A DNA stretch of 63,470 nt, counting the filler, from Squatina squatina (lineage: Eukaryota), in assembly GCA_031763465.1 (NCBI GenBank). It is 3 parts of 3 records of this genome, joined end to end, with 100 filler letters (N's around TTAATTAATTAA, not from the genome) between each part and the next. Parts side by side here need not be neighbours in the genome. Positions count along the whole stretch, not along the records: positions 1 to 25,074 come from JARFOE010000080.1; 2 more parts are not named here. One strand, written 5' to 3'. Positions 1 to 12,400 of this stretch are shown here, one piece after another. A program made the translations under genes and the position numbers. The stretch's first letter is position 1. Every line of letters begins with the position of its first letter. Below the pieces are notes generated by a model. The model was not told the DNA's origin, ran no database searches, and was given only the letters and a program-made list of their open reading frames with translations.

Positions 1-550
1 CCCACAGAGTCGAAAGGAGAGAACCCACACAGCCGGAAAGGAAGAAGGAAGCTCTTGCTACAGAGGCCCATAGCACCACAGAGAGACGAAGGGGGTGGTA
101 GTGAGTATAAGATGGGGATGATAAGCATAACACTTTGTAGAACTAACTGAAAGAAATAAACTGAAGAGATTCTTAAGGTGAGTATAGGTAGTTATTGTAC
201 TACATGCTGCTGGATTGATTAACTGTCAAATGCCGGTTATTTGTACCAATGAAATAAACTAAAGAGATTCTTTTTAAATTAAAAGCTCTACTTGTGTTTG
301 ACTCATTTTGTCCATAAATCTAGAGGTTCGATTATCCAAGGACACACAGATAAGTCCTTACACCAAGTAGGTGACAGTTTACTAAAAAGTCCTATGTTTG
401 ACTCTTTAGAAATATTTAAGTATTCATGGTCTGAATATTCTATAAATTATTGCAATCCAACGACCAAATCACTCTTTATGGGTTACTATCAAAAATAAAG
501 GCAATATTAGGTTACAGATGTGTCAACCTGAACACCCAAATTTTTCATAC

Positions 551-835
551 CTCTTGTAAATTAGACTGAAATTTTGGGGCTTCAGTGCAGACTCTCTCAA
601 AGTTGTTTTCCATCCCAGGCTCTGGCTCAGCATAGCCTTCTGGAAATGGCTCTGCAGGATACTCTGGTACAGGGAAATCATCGATTAATGTTTTATTCGG
701 GTCAATACAGCCAGGAGGGTGTTCATCCAAATTCGCCTGATATTTCAACATGCCTCTGAAAGACAAGCAATTAGTACAAAGGTTTTTCCAAATATTTAGT
801 GTACCTTGCATTTTATCCAAGTCTCGCAAAAGCTT
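551..835 (-). CDS. Putative internal coding exon of an unidentified gene (KLLRDLDKMQGTLNIWKNLCTNC...PKFQSNLQE)
   Basis: 285-nt stop-free frame bounded on the minus strand by acceptor tttag| and donor |gtatga (phase 0-0). It has a Pro/Glu-rich middle and is not repeat-like. No homology recognised. Confidence 0.5.
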
Positions 836-1115
836 CTAAACTTATATTAGCGCCTTCTCACTTTATCCCTCATTTATTTTTAAAAACCACATTGAGTACT
901 TCAGGACTGCCAGTTTTTGTACCAGTACTATCATATTCCGAACAGAAATTTGTCACATAAATTATATGAGCTTTTTTTCAAAAAAATGCACAAATCCACT
1001 TCATTGTTGTTACAAATGCAAACAGTCTCACACTATTTATATTCACTTGTATTAGGAGAAAATGTTTGCTTTACAAAGTTTAAGGACGTCAAATTTAAAC
1101 ATTTTTTGGCACTAA

Positions 1116-1800
1116 AATAGCACTAACCGGGCGTTAACGGTCTAATGCTGATTTACGGCGCTAACTTTAGCACTGGCCAATTCGGGTCGAGTTTACGCTG
1201 GCGCTAAATGGGCGTTGCATCTCTAGCGCTGGAAACTCATCGTCCAGCGCTAGATGGCATCGATGATGTCATCAGTAGGCGCAACACCCAAAATGGCCGC
1301 CCGCTGACAAATGACGATCACGTTGTTGAACCTAAAATTTGTGGTGACAACACCCATTTTTTGGGGCGTTGACAGCCTGCCTGCAATGATTAGCAGCGCT
1401 ATTTCAAGGCCTGGGACTCCGCGCCATCTTGAGCCTGTAAATCGCCTTGGTGACGCTGATATTGTGTTTTTTTCAACATTTCCGCCTCACATAAACCCTG
1501 CGCAGACTTTGATTTGCTGTTTGGTTGTAATTTTTGTTACGGAAAAAAATAGGAGAAATCGGCAATGGGGGCTGCATTAGCGGTGGACTGGGAACTCCAC
1601 CAACTAGCATGCTTCAAGGGCTGGGTTTGNNNNNNNNNNNNNNNNNNNNNNNNNNNNNNNNNNNNNNNNNNNNNNNNNNNNNNNNNNNNNNNNNNNNNNN
1701 NNNNNNNNNNNNNNNNNNNNNNNNNNNNNATAGCGACTTTACGTGGCACCCGGACCCTCAGGTAAGTTCATAGAGATATTTGCGATCGGAGGCATCCGCA
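1116..1800. mobile_element. CpG-rich non-autonomous DNA transposon relic (probably Harbinger-related)
   Basis: Abrupt CpG-rich tract with recurring gcgcta/tagcgc/gggcgtt motifs inside AT-rich DNA, interrupted by a gap. Similar motifs occur at about 23090-23133 and 37870-38035. Confidence 0.35.
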
Positions 1801-2110
1801 CGCAGGAAGCCTCCTATCGCAAATTCAGCCTCATTATGTTCAGGATGGAAACTCGGCTTGTGTATTCAAGGGCACTGCAGGGTGACGTCAAGACCAAGAG
1901 GGAAATAAAAGAAAACCCTCTCTTTATTACTGATAAGGCATAACTTCTAAAATAAATAGACTGCATGAGTCTTGGTGCCCTTTAGTAACAACAGCATTAA
2001 CCCAGATGTTTGGCATGATTTATTTCAACCAACTTAATCTTGAGACCATAGATAACACAAAACATGATTTCTTAAATCAGAACCAAGAGCTCTTCAAAAG
2101 AAATACTCAC

Positions 2111-2138
2111 GTGTTGTGAAGAGAATCTTCCTGGGATC
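2111..2138 (-). CDS. Candidate 28-nt micro-exon
   Basis: Minus strand reads cttttcttttccag|GATCCCAGGAAGATTCTCTTCACAACAC|gtgagta, with a strong polypyrimidine acceptor and a consensus donor. Same strand as the 551-835 exon. Confidence 0.4.
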
Positions 2139-4024
2139 CTGGAAAAGAAAAGGGCCATATCTTTAATAGTCACTATTCTAAGTGTTAAATGACCTCATTC
2201 TAGATTTTCCTCCTTCTTCAGATCACTTTGTCTTTTGAGGAGGAAATCCACACAAATTAAATAAATACTGTGCATAGCAATACCTCACAGAATCAGCCAA
2301 AATATGCATTAAAAACTCTATTGCTTGATTAGTAGGTGCCTCCAAAAGGCCAGTGACATCGAAAATTACATGCACATGTCATTTTTGGCAGCTACGATGT
2401 GCCTGTATGGTTTTATTCTACAGATGAGGACATATAAATATATAAACAAAGCACATTTTTTAAACTCAACTGGATTGATTTGCTCTGCTTCGGAACAGTC
2501 AACTCAAAAAACGTGCGGGAAATGTTTACAACCCCAAGAAATAAATCTGAATTTTCATTTCCCCGAAACCAAATTACCCCAGCAGCAAGAGTGAAAGAGG
2601 AAAGGAGTATTTCTGGAGAAAAATAGATTTTTGTTAAGCATCTTGTGGTTTCGAAGTACTGTACATAAACTGGCTGCCAAGTACTAGGATCACAGAATTC
2701 TATTTCTCCACTTATGGGTAAATCCCTCGGTATGGTTTCTGCCTCAAATACATTTTGTAAACAGAGTGAATGGCACAACTCAGTTACAGTGGTACCTGGG
2801 CCTGTGTTTTCAATTTGTGTCATAAAACTGTGATCTCCATTTGAAGAATAAAATAAGTAAATACCAAAAAAATCTGACTAAGTAGCTAACAAAACCAGAG
2901 ATAATGCAATGTTTAAACTCCTCAAATGACATGAAAGATAAGGGAGGGAGTACATCAATTACTTTTTCCCAACTAATTTGAGGCACATCCACAGCCAAAT
3001 ATTGGCGTTCAGAGAGGAAGACAAATACAAAATCTAAACTAACAGAATCTTACTCATATACAAAAAAACAACTGTTGTATAAAAGTTCATCAGAATTAGA
3101 GGAATTAACATATATGTCCCCATAACCCCACCTGGTGCCTTACTGCAAGAACGCACTGCGAAGAAAAGGTGCCAGAACAAGTCAGTGCATTTAAGAGGAG
3201 GCAAGAGGCAGAAAATCTAAGGGAGAAAAAAGAAATAACTTANNNNNNNNNNNNNNNNNNNNNNNNNNNNNNNNNNNNNNNNNNNNNNNNNNNNNNNNNN
3301 NNNNNNNNNNNNNNNNNNNNNNNNNNNNNNNNNNNNNNNNNNGAAATGGTTTTAATCGTGCTTTCAATTGAGGTTGCTATAGATTTTAATAAACAAAACT
3401 TCTTTGATAAAAGCTGCCAACTTTTTTGTAAAACAGACGTCCTAAATTGGCAACAGTCTTTAATTAGAAAACCACATGAATGTAGCCAGGAGGTATAACC
3501 ACTGGTGCTGGACAAAGAATTCTCTGTGCAGTTCCCAGTCTTAACCGTAACACAATGTAACAGAAATGAGTCAGTGAGACTTCCAGAGGACTAGCCCAGA
3601 TGTTTAACATGTTCTAATAGTCCAGCCANNNNNNNNNNAATTGAACAACGTTGTAATTCTAACCCATTGGGTAGGGTGTAGGAAAATAGTATTTTTTGTT
3701 GCAAATGAAATTACTACATACCTTGAGTAGATACTTGGGATCGAGGACCAACCCTTCTGAATCAAATATGGTTATTTGACTACTAGCTTAAGTTCACTAA
3801 TGTTTCTTACAGAAATCAAGACTGTCAAAAGAGCTGGGGGTGTTTTTTGTTATTGTTGCGGGAAATCAGCATCAACTCACATTAAGTGCATTGATTAGAT
3901 GCAAATTCAAATCCCACAGCGGAGTTGGAACGAAAGAAGCCTATCACTTCCACAAGTATGTGATGAACGGGCACTACCCAAGGAAGGAAACATCATATGA
4001 TGAAAAGTAGCAAAACAACTACAT

Positions 4025-4166
4025 GGGGGTAATTTTAACTTAAGAATGGGTAGATTTGGGTTAGGTGGGAAGTAAAAATCTTTTAAATTTCAATCCCAAC
4101 CCCAAACTGCCCACTTCCGGTTTTAACGGAGGCAAGTCAGGGGCGGGCAACCAATCCACTCTCAGA
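4025..4166 (+). mobile_element. MITE/DNA-transposon end beginning GGGGGTAATTTTAAC, cut off by a CR1 insertion
   Basis: The same terminus occurs at 23656 and, degenerate, at both ends of 35751-35875. The internal ctgcccacttccggtttt is matched in reverse at about 16572-16590. Confidence 0.45.
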
Positions 4167-4525
4167 ACATAAGAAAAAGGAGCAGAAGTAGGTTATTCGG
4201 CCCCTCGAGTCTGCTCCACCATTCAACAAGATCATGGCTGATCTTCAACGCCATTTTCCTGCACTATCCCCATATCCCTTGATTCCCTTAATATCTAAAA
4301 ATCTGTTGATCTGTTGATTGAATATACTCAAGGTCTGAGCCTCCACTGCCCTCTGGGGCAGAGAATTCCAAAGATTCACTACCCTTAGAGTGAAGAAATT
4401 TCTCCTCATCTCAGTCCTGAATGGCTTACTCCTTATTCTGAGACGTGACCCCTGGTTCTAGGCTCCCCAGCCAGGGGAAACATCCTCCCTGCATCTACCC
4501 TGTCGAGCCCTGTAAGAATTTTATA
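4167..4525 (-). mobile_element. CR1-clade LINE 3' end
   Basis: RT C-terminal remnant YKILTGLDRVDAGRMFPLAGEPRTRGH plus the family tail (aacataagaa...ggagcagaagtaggttattcggcccctcgag on +). Confidence 0.85.
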
Positions 4526-4625
4526 NNNNNNNNNNNNNNNNNNNNNNNNNNNNNNNNNNNNNNNNNNNNNNNNNNNNNNNNNNNNNNNNNNNNNNNNNNN
4601 NNNNNNNNNNNNNNNNNNNNNNNNN

Positions 4626-4900
4626 AGAAACTGTTCCCATTGGCAGAAAGGTCGAGAACCAGAGGACACAGATTTATGGTGATTGACAAAAGAACCAAAG
4701 ACATAAGAAAAAAAATCTTGAATGAAAGGATGGTGGAGGCAGACTCAATCACAGCTTGCAAAAGGGAGTTGGATTAGTGATTGAAATTTAAAAATTACAG
4801 GGCTACGGGGAAAGGGCGAGGGAATAGGTCCAGCTGAATTGCTCTTGTGGAGAGCCGGCACGGGCCAAATGGCCTCCTGCGCTGTAATGATTCTGATTCT
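4626..4900 (+). mobile_element. CR1 LINE 3' end (second subfamily)
   Basis: KLFPLAERSRTRGHRF remnant and a tail ending attctgattctat. Confidence 0.75.
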
Positions 4901-5024
4901 ATACTGTTGCATTGTGACTGTAGCAAGAGTTGTGATAGTTCTGCTATAATTGAGGATGTTTGTGTTTCATGTCTATTACTGTAAGCATGTACAGTAGACT
5001 GATCTGTTATCAACATTCACACAG

Positions 5025-5260
5025 TTGGACCACTGACGATCAGCTTTCAGAAAATTCCAGTTATGAGCAAAATTGCAAGAAAAAATCCCTATGTTCAAGC
5101 TGGTGGACGGTACACTCCCCCACACTGCAAAGCTCAGTATAAGACAGCAATTCTTGTTCCTCATCGAAACAGGGAGCTGCATTTGCGTCATCTTCTGTAT
5201 TACCTTCATCCATTCTTGCAGCGTCAACAGCTTCAGTATGCAATATACGTCATCCATCAG
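5025..5260 (+). CDS. Beta-1,4-galactosyltransferase (GT7, B4GALT3-like) internal exon
   Basis: acag| ... |gtaatt, 236 nt. Encodes GPLTISFQKIPVMSKIARKNPYVQAGGRYTPPHCKAQYKTAILVPHRNRELHLRHLLYYLHPFLQRQQLQYAIYVIHQ, carrying the GT7 motifs GGRY-P--C, PHRNRE-HL and LHPFLQRQQL. Confidence 0.93.
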
Positions 5261-5759
5261 GTAATTAACTTAATATTCCGTTATTACAAAAATGATTCTT
5301 TGTAACTGATTTTGGTTGAATTTAAGCTTTCCTTTTTTATAATACTGGTGGTTTTTATTTTAAATCTTTAATGTGATTCACAGATTGTCATCATTCTGTT
5401 CACAAGTCTCGAGTACTAATGTATTGATCTTGTTCAGGGACATGTTGATCTGTTGGAATAAATTCTTGCTGCATCAGCAGTTTCTATCCATTTTTATTCT
5501 AGTAAGTTCCTATAATTCTAATTGAGTTATGGATTTGCTGCTTTTTGTAAAAAGCTAAATAGATCATTAACTTCTAACAGACCACAGTGTCACAGGATCT
5601 AATGTCACAATTTAGCTATGATCTGTAATTAGATTGCTTGCACATGACTACATTAATCAAAATCATGTTGCCCAATATTTATTCACTGGGTTTTGATCTT
5701 TATTTTTTGTTTCACTCCTTGCTTTTAACAAGTCACTCTTTTCTGCCACGACTGCTAGC

Positions 5760-5986
5760 GAGAGCAGAAATAGGATAGATAAGATGAATGCATGGCTAGA
5801 GGGATGGTGTAGGAGGGTGGGATTTAGATTCCTGAGGCATTGGGACTGGTTCTGGGGAAGGTGGGACCTATATAAGCTGGACGGGTTACACCCAAACAAG
5901 AGTAGGACCGATGCAAAGAGGCTCCAATGTGATTTAGACAAGTTGGGTGAGTGGGCAAATGCATGGCAGATGCAGTATAACGTGGA
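5760..5986 (+). mobile_element. CR1 LINE fragment (end of ORF1 joined to an RT piece by internal deletion)
   Basis: [36 protein letters not shown] runs directly into AKRLQCDLDKLGEWANAWQMQYNV. Confidence 0.8.
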
Positions 5987-6119
5987 NNNNNNNNNNNNNN
6001 NNNNNNNNNNNNNNNNNNNNNNNNNNNNNNNNNNNNNNNNNNNNNNNNNNNNNNNNNNNNNNNNNNNNNNNNNNNNNNNNNNNNNNGTGTACATCCTTAT
6101 AACCCCTCTTATAACTCCT

Positions 6120-7121
6120 CAGTGATTGTCCTGGGGCTGCCACACGGCTGGGGCAAGGCTGCTGTGTGTCAGTTGTTGAGTCTCCAGGTGGCCTTCTAGG
6201 ATTCCCTGGACCTGCAGACTGCGGCAGCTCAGGCTGGGCTGTGGTAGTCTGGGCTGGGACACGACATCATGCTCCTGCTCCAAAGACTCCCTGGCACTTC
6301 CCCGGGGCAGCACCTCAGCATCCCCACCAATCTGATGGAGCACAGACTGGTGGGCTGATGCTGCACAGTATGTTCCCTGGTGGACCGTGGCGGACCCAGC
6401 GGTGATGGCAGCAGTCAGCGCTCGCATCGCATCCAGCTGAGCCTGCCTTATAGCAGCCTCATCATGCATGCGAACAAGCATTGCATCCATTACAGGACTA
6501 AGCCACTGCATGGCCTCAGCCTGTGCTGCAATAGGGGATGTCACCTTGCCTATGAGATGCCTCATGACCCTTTGGGAGTCTACCATTGACTGTATACTGT
6601 CAGTGATAGGCTCCATGGTGTGCACAGAGTTCTCGATAATGCAGGAGGCAGACTCCTCCATGCCCTGAGCAGTTGAGAGAGACTCTCAGGCGCCCTTTCC
6701 ATTGAAGCTGTAATTTGCTCATGCATGGCCAGTACCTTTGCAGTAGTAGACACCCTGTCCAGGTCCTCATTTGAGTTCTCTGAAGTAGTGTTCAGGGTCA
6801 ACTCACCCTCTGGGGAGCTGGCTCCCAACCTTCCCTTTGCCCCCCACAGTGCTGTCATCCGCTAGGTGCCTGTGCATCACCCAGTGCAGACCTGTGCCCT
6901 GACCTGATCTCTATGGACCCCATGGTGTCACTCTCTGAGCTGGTGCGTGCGGATAACATAAGCAGTGATGCAGCTTGCTCTTCCAGCTCTTCCAGATCCT
7001 CCTCCTCCTGCTCCTCATGCTCCTCCTCCTCCTCTTCAAGTGGAGAGAGAAAAATGAGATGCCAACCTGGTGAAGCTATACGACAGGACTACATACATGC
7101 TAAACAGTGGAAGCAGCATGC
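6120..7121 (-). mobile_element. Probable Harbinger Myb/SANT-like accessory ORF relic
   Basis: Degenerate Ala/Gln/Met-rich helical ORFs with a poly-Glu tract, resembling the non-transposase ORF of shark Harbinger elements. Recognised by style only. Confidence 0.45.
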
Positions 7122-7670
7122 NNNNNNNNNNNNNNNNNNNNNNNNNNNNNNNNNNNNNNNNNNNNNNNNNNNNNNNNNNNNNNNNNNNNNNNNNNNNNNN
7201 NNNNNNNNNNNNNNNNNNNNNTCCTTAATGCAATAGTTAAATTGAACTCCAGGCCAAGATATGGCCCATAATCCACACGCAGCCCATGCCTACTGACAGT
7301 GGCCCATGAAATCCAGGAGTGCATGGTTCTTTGTACGAAGATCTCATGTTTGTTTTGTCTTTGAATTTTATTGCTATGGGTTTACTAAGGGCCGTTCTTG
7401 GCACCCTTGTCTCTTGGTTGAATCCTAAACCAGAAGATTTATGTCCATGAATATCAGCAGCTTGAAATATATGGAAATTAATAGGAACATTGACTTAAAT
7501 TTTGAGGCCCATGATATGTACCCAAGTGACTCACAAAGGCAAAAAGCTTAGACACACTGGACTAAGGGCTGCCAAAAGTTTGGTCATGTGCTTGGAACTG
7601 TATAAAGATTGGTTTGCTTTTGAAGAACTTATGTAAGTAGATCTTAATATTTTGTTAACTTTTTATTTAG

Positions 7671-7775
7671 GATTTATTTAGCAGGAATGAAGATAATTCG
7701 AACTCCCCTCTCGCTTGGACATTATAAAATGATCACGCATAGTATGGATGTGGGTAATGAAAAAAATGAAAAAAG
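7671..7775 (+). CDS. B4GALT3-like penultimate coding exon
   Basis: ttttatttag| ... |gtacgt, 105 nt, phase 2-2. Encodes (R)IYLAGMKIIRTPLSLGHYKMITHSMDVGNEKNEK(R), matching B4GALT3 RVRLAGMKISRPPTSVGHYKMVKHRGDKGNEENPHR. The metal-binding M-x-x-H is conserved. Not in the ORF track. Confidence 0.9.
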
Positions 7776-9424
7776 GTACGTTCAGAAGTCGTTTTAGTTT
7801 ATAAGCTAAGCTTCACTGTAATAACCTTTGCATATACAGTAAACTGGTGTTTTAGATAAACTACATTGACCGGATTAGCTTTTAAAAATATTGATTTGAT
7901 ATATAAAATATGTTAATTCACTCTTTGGTGTTTGCCAAAAACAGGTATCATATTTTTGATTTATATAGTTAGGCTTTTGAAGGAAAGTACAAACATGCAG
8001 ATAGGCATAAACCAGCTTTGGGTGGGGGACAAAAAGGGGGTGAGGAGAGATTGTAAATATTCTGGTTATCTTTGCTGTGGGAGCATTTTCTATCAAGTCT
8101 AACTTTTTTTTTTAATTCGTCATGCTGTAGTGCATTTTGTACCCAGTGAAGAGGTTATAATTTCTACATTATTTATATCAGCAGAGAAGCAAAAAACAGT
8201 TTTTTGCTCACATTTGTCTATCCTTTCACATTGGCAACCAGAAGTCTGTTGCCAGCTTTGGCACTCTGTATTGTTACTAGTGGGGCCAGGACACAATTGG
8301 CCCCCCTTTTAATCTTTGGATTACAAATAGTGAGATGCTCCAAGCCTTCAGCCTAGGCTCAAAGTGGATACTGCTTTCTGTCTTCCGAGTAAAATAAAGG
8401 AGCAAAGTTAATTTTAAAATGGAACTATTTTGGAAAAAAAAACACTCTTGCTCATCAGAAAAGGACTACTGAGTTCAGGTCTATAGTTAAGGGCTTATGT
8501 GCCAACAAAACTAATTACTGCCCGTTTGGAAAAGGCACTACCGGGCATACCACCATGGAATGATAGTTAACAGNNNNNNNNNNNNNNNNNNNNNNNNNNN
8601 NNNNNNNNNNNNNNNNNNNNNNNNNNNNNNNNNNNNNNNNNNNNNNNNNNNNNNNNNNNNNNNNNNNNNNNNNCAGTATTGTGTAATTGGTTTTAGCAGT
8701 CACACACCCACCCATTGACATGGGGTCTGACTGTCCACACGTGCAGCATGTAAGTCAACACCTCCTGTGAGAGCTCTGTTTAAAATCTTTATGTTTCTGA
8801 TTCTTTTGGTATGGTTTGATTTTAGTTCAATAAACGGTTCCTGGCCATGTCCGTTTGAAAGTCTCCTTCATCTGACTTTTTTCCCCCATGGCAGTTGATT
8901 TTGTGAAGTAACTAATCCCATTCTAGAACAACAATGCCCTGCTTTTTAACTTGTGAAGATGGAGTATCCTTGGATTGCTGCCTTATATTGATTTGACCAT
9001 ATGTGGAGTTTATTCTTACCAGTGAACGTGTTACCACAGGATCTGCTGTTACCACAGCTGATCCTGAATATACAGTTGTTGATAAATTTTGAATAAACTC
9101 CATTTCTAATGTAGTCTCTTGCTACTAGTTTTCATTTTTTAACAATATGCTTTGCAAGTTTCACAGATAGCTGCAGTGCAGGATGTAACATTCCAAGTTG
9201 CCACAGACAATTTGTTCTGTTATTTTAAATTCAGAACATTACTTAAAAAATGAGTATTTTTCATATAAATGTTACTTTGAATTCAAAGCCTGTTAAATGT
9301 TGATTATTTCATCTATGATTATTCACTGTTCTTCTCATTAACCATTTTCTGTTCAATCCATTTAAATGTGTTCTTTTCATCGGGGTTGTGCTAGCAAGTA
9401 ATGTGCCGTTACATTTGTGTGCAG

Positions 9425-9550
9425 GGAGACTTGGTCTATGTTAACTATGCTCGTACTGAGGATTTCTCCCAGCTGGAAAGGGAACTGGGTATCAACTGCA
9501 CTGGAAAAATTGTGATTGCCAGATATGGGAAAATCTTCAGAGGGAACAAG
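9425..9550 (+). CDS. NAALAD2: Glutamate carboxypeptidase (NAALAD2/FOLH1, peptidase M28B) PA-domain exon
   Basis: gtgcag| ... |gtataa, 126 nt. Encodes [48 protein letters not shown] and GKIFRG are NAALAD2-like, but FOLH1 is not excluded. Not in the ORF track. Confidence 0.85.
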
Positions 9551-10348
9551 GTATAAATTTAATGTTCACATCTATTTGGCCAATTTTATATTTTTCCACA
9601 GCAACACTGCAATTAGCTCATAAAAAATGTTGATTTTTGTCTTGAGGGAGAGAAACTGGTTTATTCAACATTATGGTTGTGGAGCAGCTTCAGAGCTCTT
9701 GAGAGCTGTGTGTAAAATATGGAAGGATTATATGAAATACCAATTGTAATCTGGCTATAGTGTAATGGTGGTTGAAAAATATTACAGGAAAAGGGCAAGT
9801 AACATGTGGCTTCAAGAGCTGTTAAAGGGAGAATCCTCTAGAAAGCTCAGCTCCACTTTTTAATCAGCAAATCCAGTTTTCTACAAAGTCAGTATTTGTG
9901 CAGTGATGTAAGGTGACAGATCNNNNNNNNNNNNNNNNNNNNNNNNNNNNNNNNNNNNNNNNNNNNNNNNNNNNNNNNNNNNNNNNNNNNNNNNNNNNNN
10001 NNNNNNNNNNNNNNNNNNNNNNATGTGAATTAAGCAGTTTAAATAAAACAGCAGAGGTATTTTTTACATAATTTTAATTCAATTCAGCAACTTTGAATTA
10101 AGAGTAGATCTAAATGTAAACTTTCATAAAATGTGAATGTACACCTAAATGATCAATAGCTTCTTAAAAGAACTATGAATGTAATTTGCTGAGAATCTAA
10201 TGAGAACAAACACTGATTACCACCGGCAGATTAATTCCAGTAAGCAAACAGCATTAACCCGGCATCACTGATGTATGCTGAATGCTAATATTTAATGTAA
10301 TTGATGTGTGTTGCATGTGACATTTTTAATTTCCTTTTTCTCCCACAG

Positions 10349-10535
10349 ACACATCATTTATGCTCCCAGCACTCATAATAAGTATGCAGGAGAATCTTTT
10401 CCAGGAATCTATGATGCATTATTTGACATAGCAAATGCTCCAGATCAGCGCAAAGCCTGGCAAGAAGTGAAAGAGCAGATTGCTGTTGCATCCTTTACAG
10501 TGCAGGCTTCTGCTGGGACATTAGAGGAGGTGTAA
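10349..10535 (+). CDS. NAALAD2: NAALAD2/FOLH1 terminal coding exon (dimerisation domain)
   Basis: ttcctttttctcccacag| then (R)[27 protein letters not shown]...[26 protein letters not shown]-stop, containing the conserved [15 protein letters not shown] motif. Confidence 0.88.
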
Positions 10536-12290
10536 TTTTATTTTACGGTTTTGAGATCTGGTGGAAAAGAAGTTAAATGAGTTAATGATGTGACATTCAG
10601 ACCATCTCATCATGAATAGCCATTTGGAAGATATGAATGAATCTGTCCAAGCTCAATTTCAAACACAATATGCACATGTATCAGTAATTTATTACTNNNN
10701 NNNNNNNNNNNNNNNNNNNNNNNNNNNNNNNNNNNNNNNNNNNNNNNNNNNNNNNNNNNNNNNNNNNNNNNNNNNNNNNNNNNNNNNNNNNNNNNNGCAT
10801 CAGTCACTCAATAGTACCTGAAAATCTTATATAGACTTGTAGATCTATACTTACACCCCACAAGTTCACTTTGTGTTCAAATTCTTTCTTCCTTTCAAAT
10901 AAAATGTGGATATTCAGCTGTAACATTAAAAAAATCATTAATTTGTAGCATTAGATTACATTGGAATGTACACATTCTAAGAGAAAAGCAATTTTCAAAA
11001 GGCCAGTGAGAGTGCAGTGATACTTTCTGCTTCCGAATGCAGCAGCTCTGGAGTGTAATTCCAACTTGATTGGAAGCTAGCCAATATAAACAAGGTACTG
11101 TATCTACCAGTCAAATGACCCTTAGTGACATACAAGACTCTCATCAAGATGTTCAGGTCAGCAATTGCATTTAATGAAATGTAACGTAAGTGCACTGAAT
11201 TTAGATACTCTTTCAGAAGTGCTTAAGAACTCTCCTTAATAAGGAATAGGCTGTGCAATTATCGACTGATAAAGAACGTTAGACATAAAAAAAACTGTAG
11301 CATCACTGCATGAAGTGGTGAAATGGAGATTTGATCCCCAAATCTGAGCTCCCAATCTCAATTGTGCTACTGTGTTTAAAGACCTATTCGGGCCAGGCAT
11401 TTGTACTTCATGGTGTCCTGAGAGAAGCAATTACAAAGGCCTGCAAAACAGGTGCCTAATTTTATATATGTATAGATACTAGCTAAAATAGACAACCTAT
11501 GAATAAAAATATAATTCCAAATTTCATCATTTAGTGTCTCTACTACATAAAGGCATAGTGCAGACTGTGCATTTATACAGGAAAAGTTACTCAGGTACCA
11601 ATTTATGTAATTCCAGATTCATTTTGCTTAAAAAGTATAACCTAACAGATGGGAAAACTTTACTTTAAGCAAAGATGCTTCAGTTAACAGGCATCAGTTG
11701 TATAGATCCAAGATTTGAACCTGCTGGATAATTTTAATGACTACTATTTTGCCCATTTACTAGATTCATTGCCAGTATTNNNNNNNNNNNNNNNNNNNNN
11801 NNNNNNNNNNNNNNNNNNNNNNNNNNNNNNNNNNNNNNNNNNNNNNNNNNNNNNNNNNNNNNNNNNNNNNNNNNNNNNNNNNNNNNNNNNNNNNNNNNNN
11901 NNNNNNNNNNNNNNNNNNNNNNNNNNNNNNNNNNNNNNNNNNNNNNNNNNNNNNNNNNNNNNNNNNNNNNNNNNNNNNNNNNNNNNNNNNNNNNNNNNNN
12001 NNNNNNNNNNNNNNNNNNNNNNNNNNNNNNNNNNNNNNNNNNNNNNNNNNNNNNNNNNNNNNNNNNNNNNNNNNNNNNNNNNNNNNNNNNNNNNNNNNNN
12101 NNNNNNNNNNNNNNNNNNNNNNNNNNNNNNNNNNNNNNNNNNNNNNNNNNNNNNNNNNNNNNNNNNNNNNNNNNNNNNNNNNNNNNNNNNNNNNNNNNNN
12201 NNNNNNNNNNNNNNNNNNNNNNNNNNNNNNNNNNNNNNNNNNNNNNNNNNNNNNNNNNNNNNNNNNNNNNNNNNNNNNNNNNNNNNNNNN

Positions 12291-12400
12291 CCTCCAGCCG
12301 GGGGAAACATCCTTCCTGCATCTACCCGGTCAAGCCCTGTAAGAATTTTGTATGTTTCAATGAGATCTCATTCCTCTAAACTCTAGAGAATATAGGCCTG
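12291..12400 (-). mobile_element. CR1 LINE fragment
   Basis: Similar to 4455-4525 (aaacatccttcctgcatctacc...ccctgtaagaatttt). Confidence 0.75.

Noticed and set aside
9551-10348. Apparently truncated NAALAD2, with an early exon only about 800 bp from the last exon
   Set aside because: A 100-N placeholder gap lies between them. The missing exons are most likely unassembled rather than deleted.
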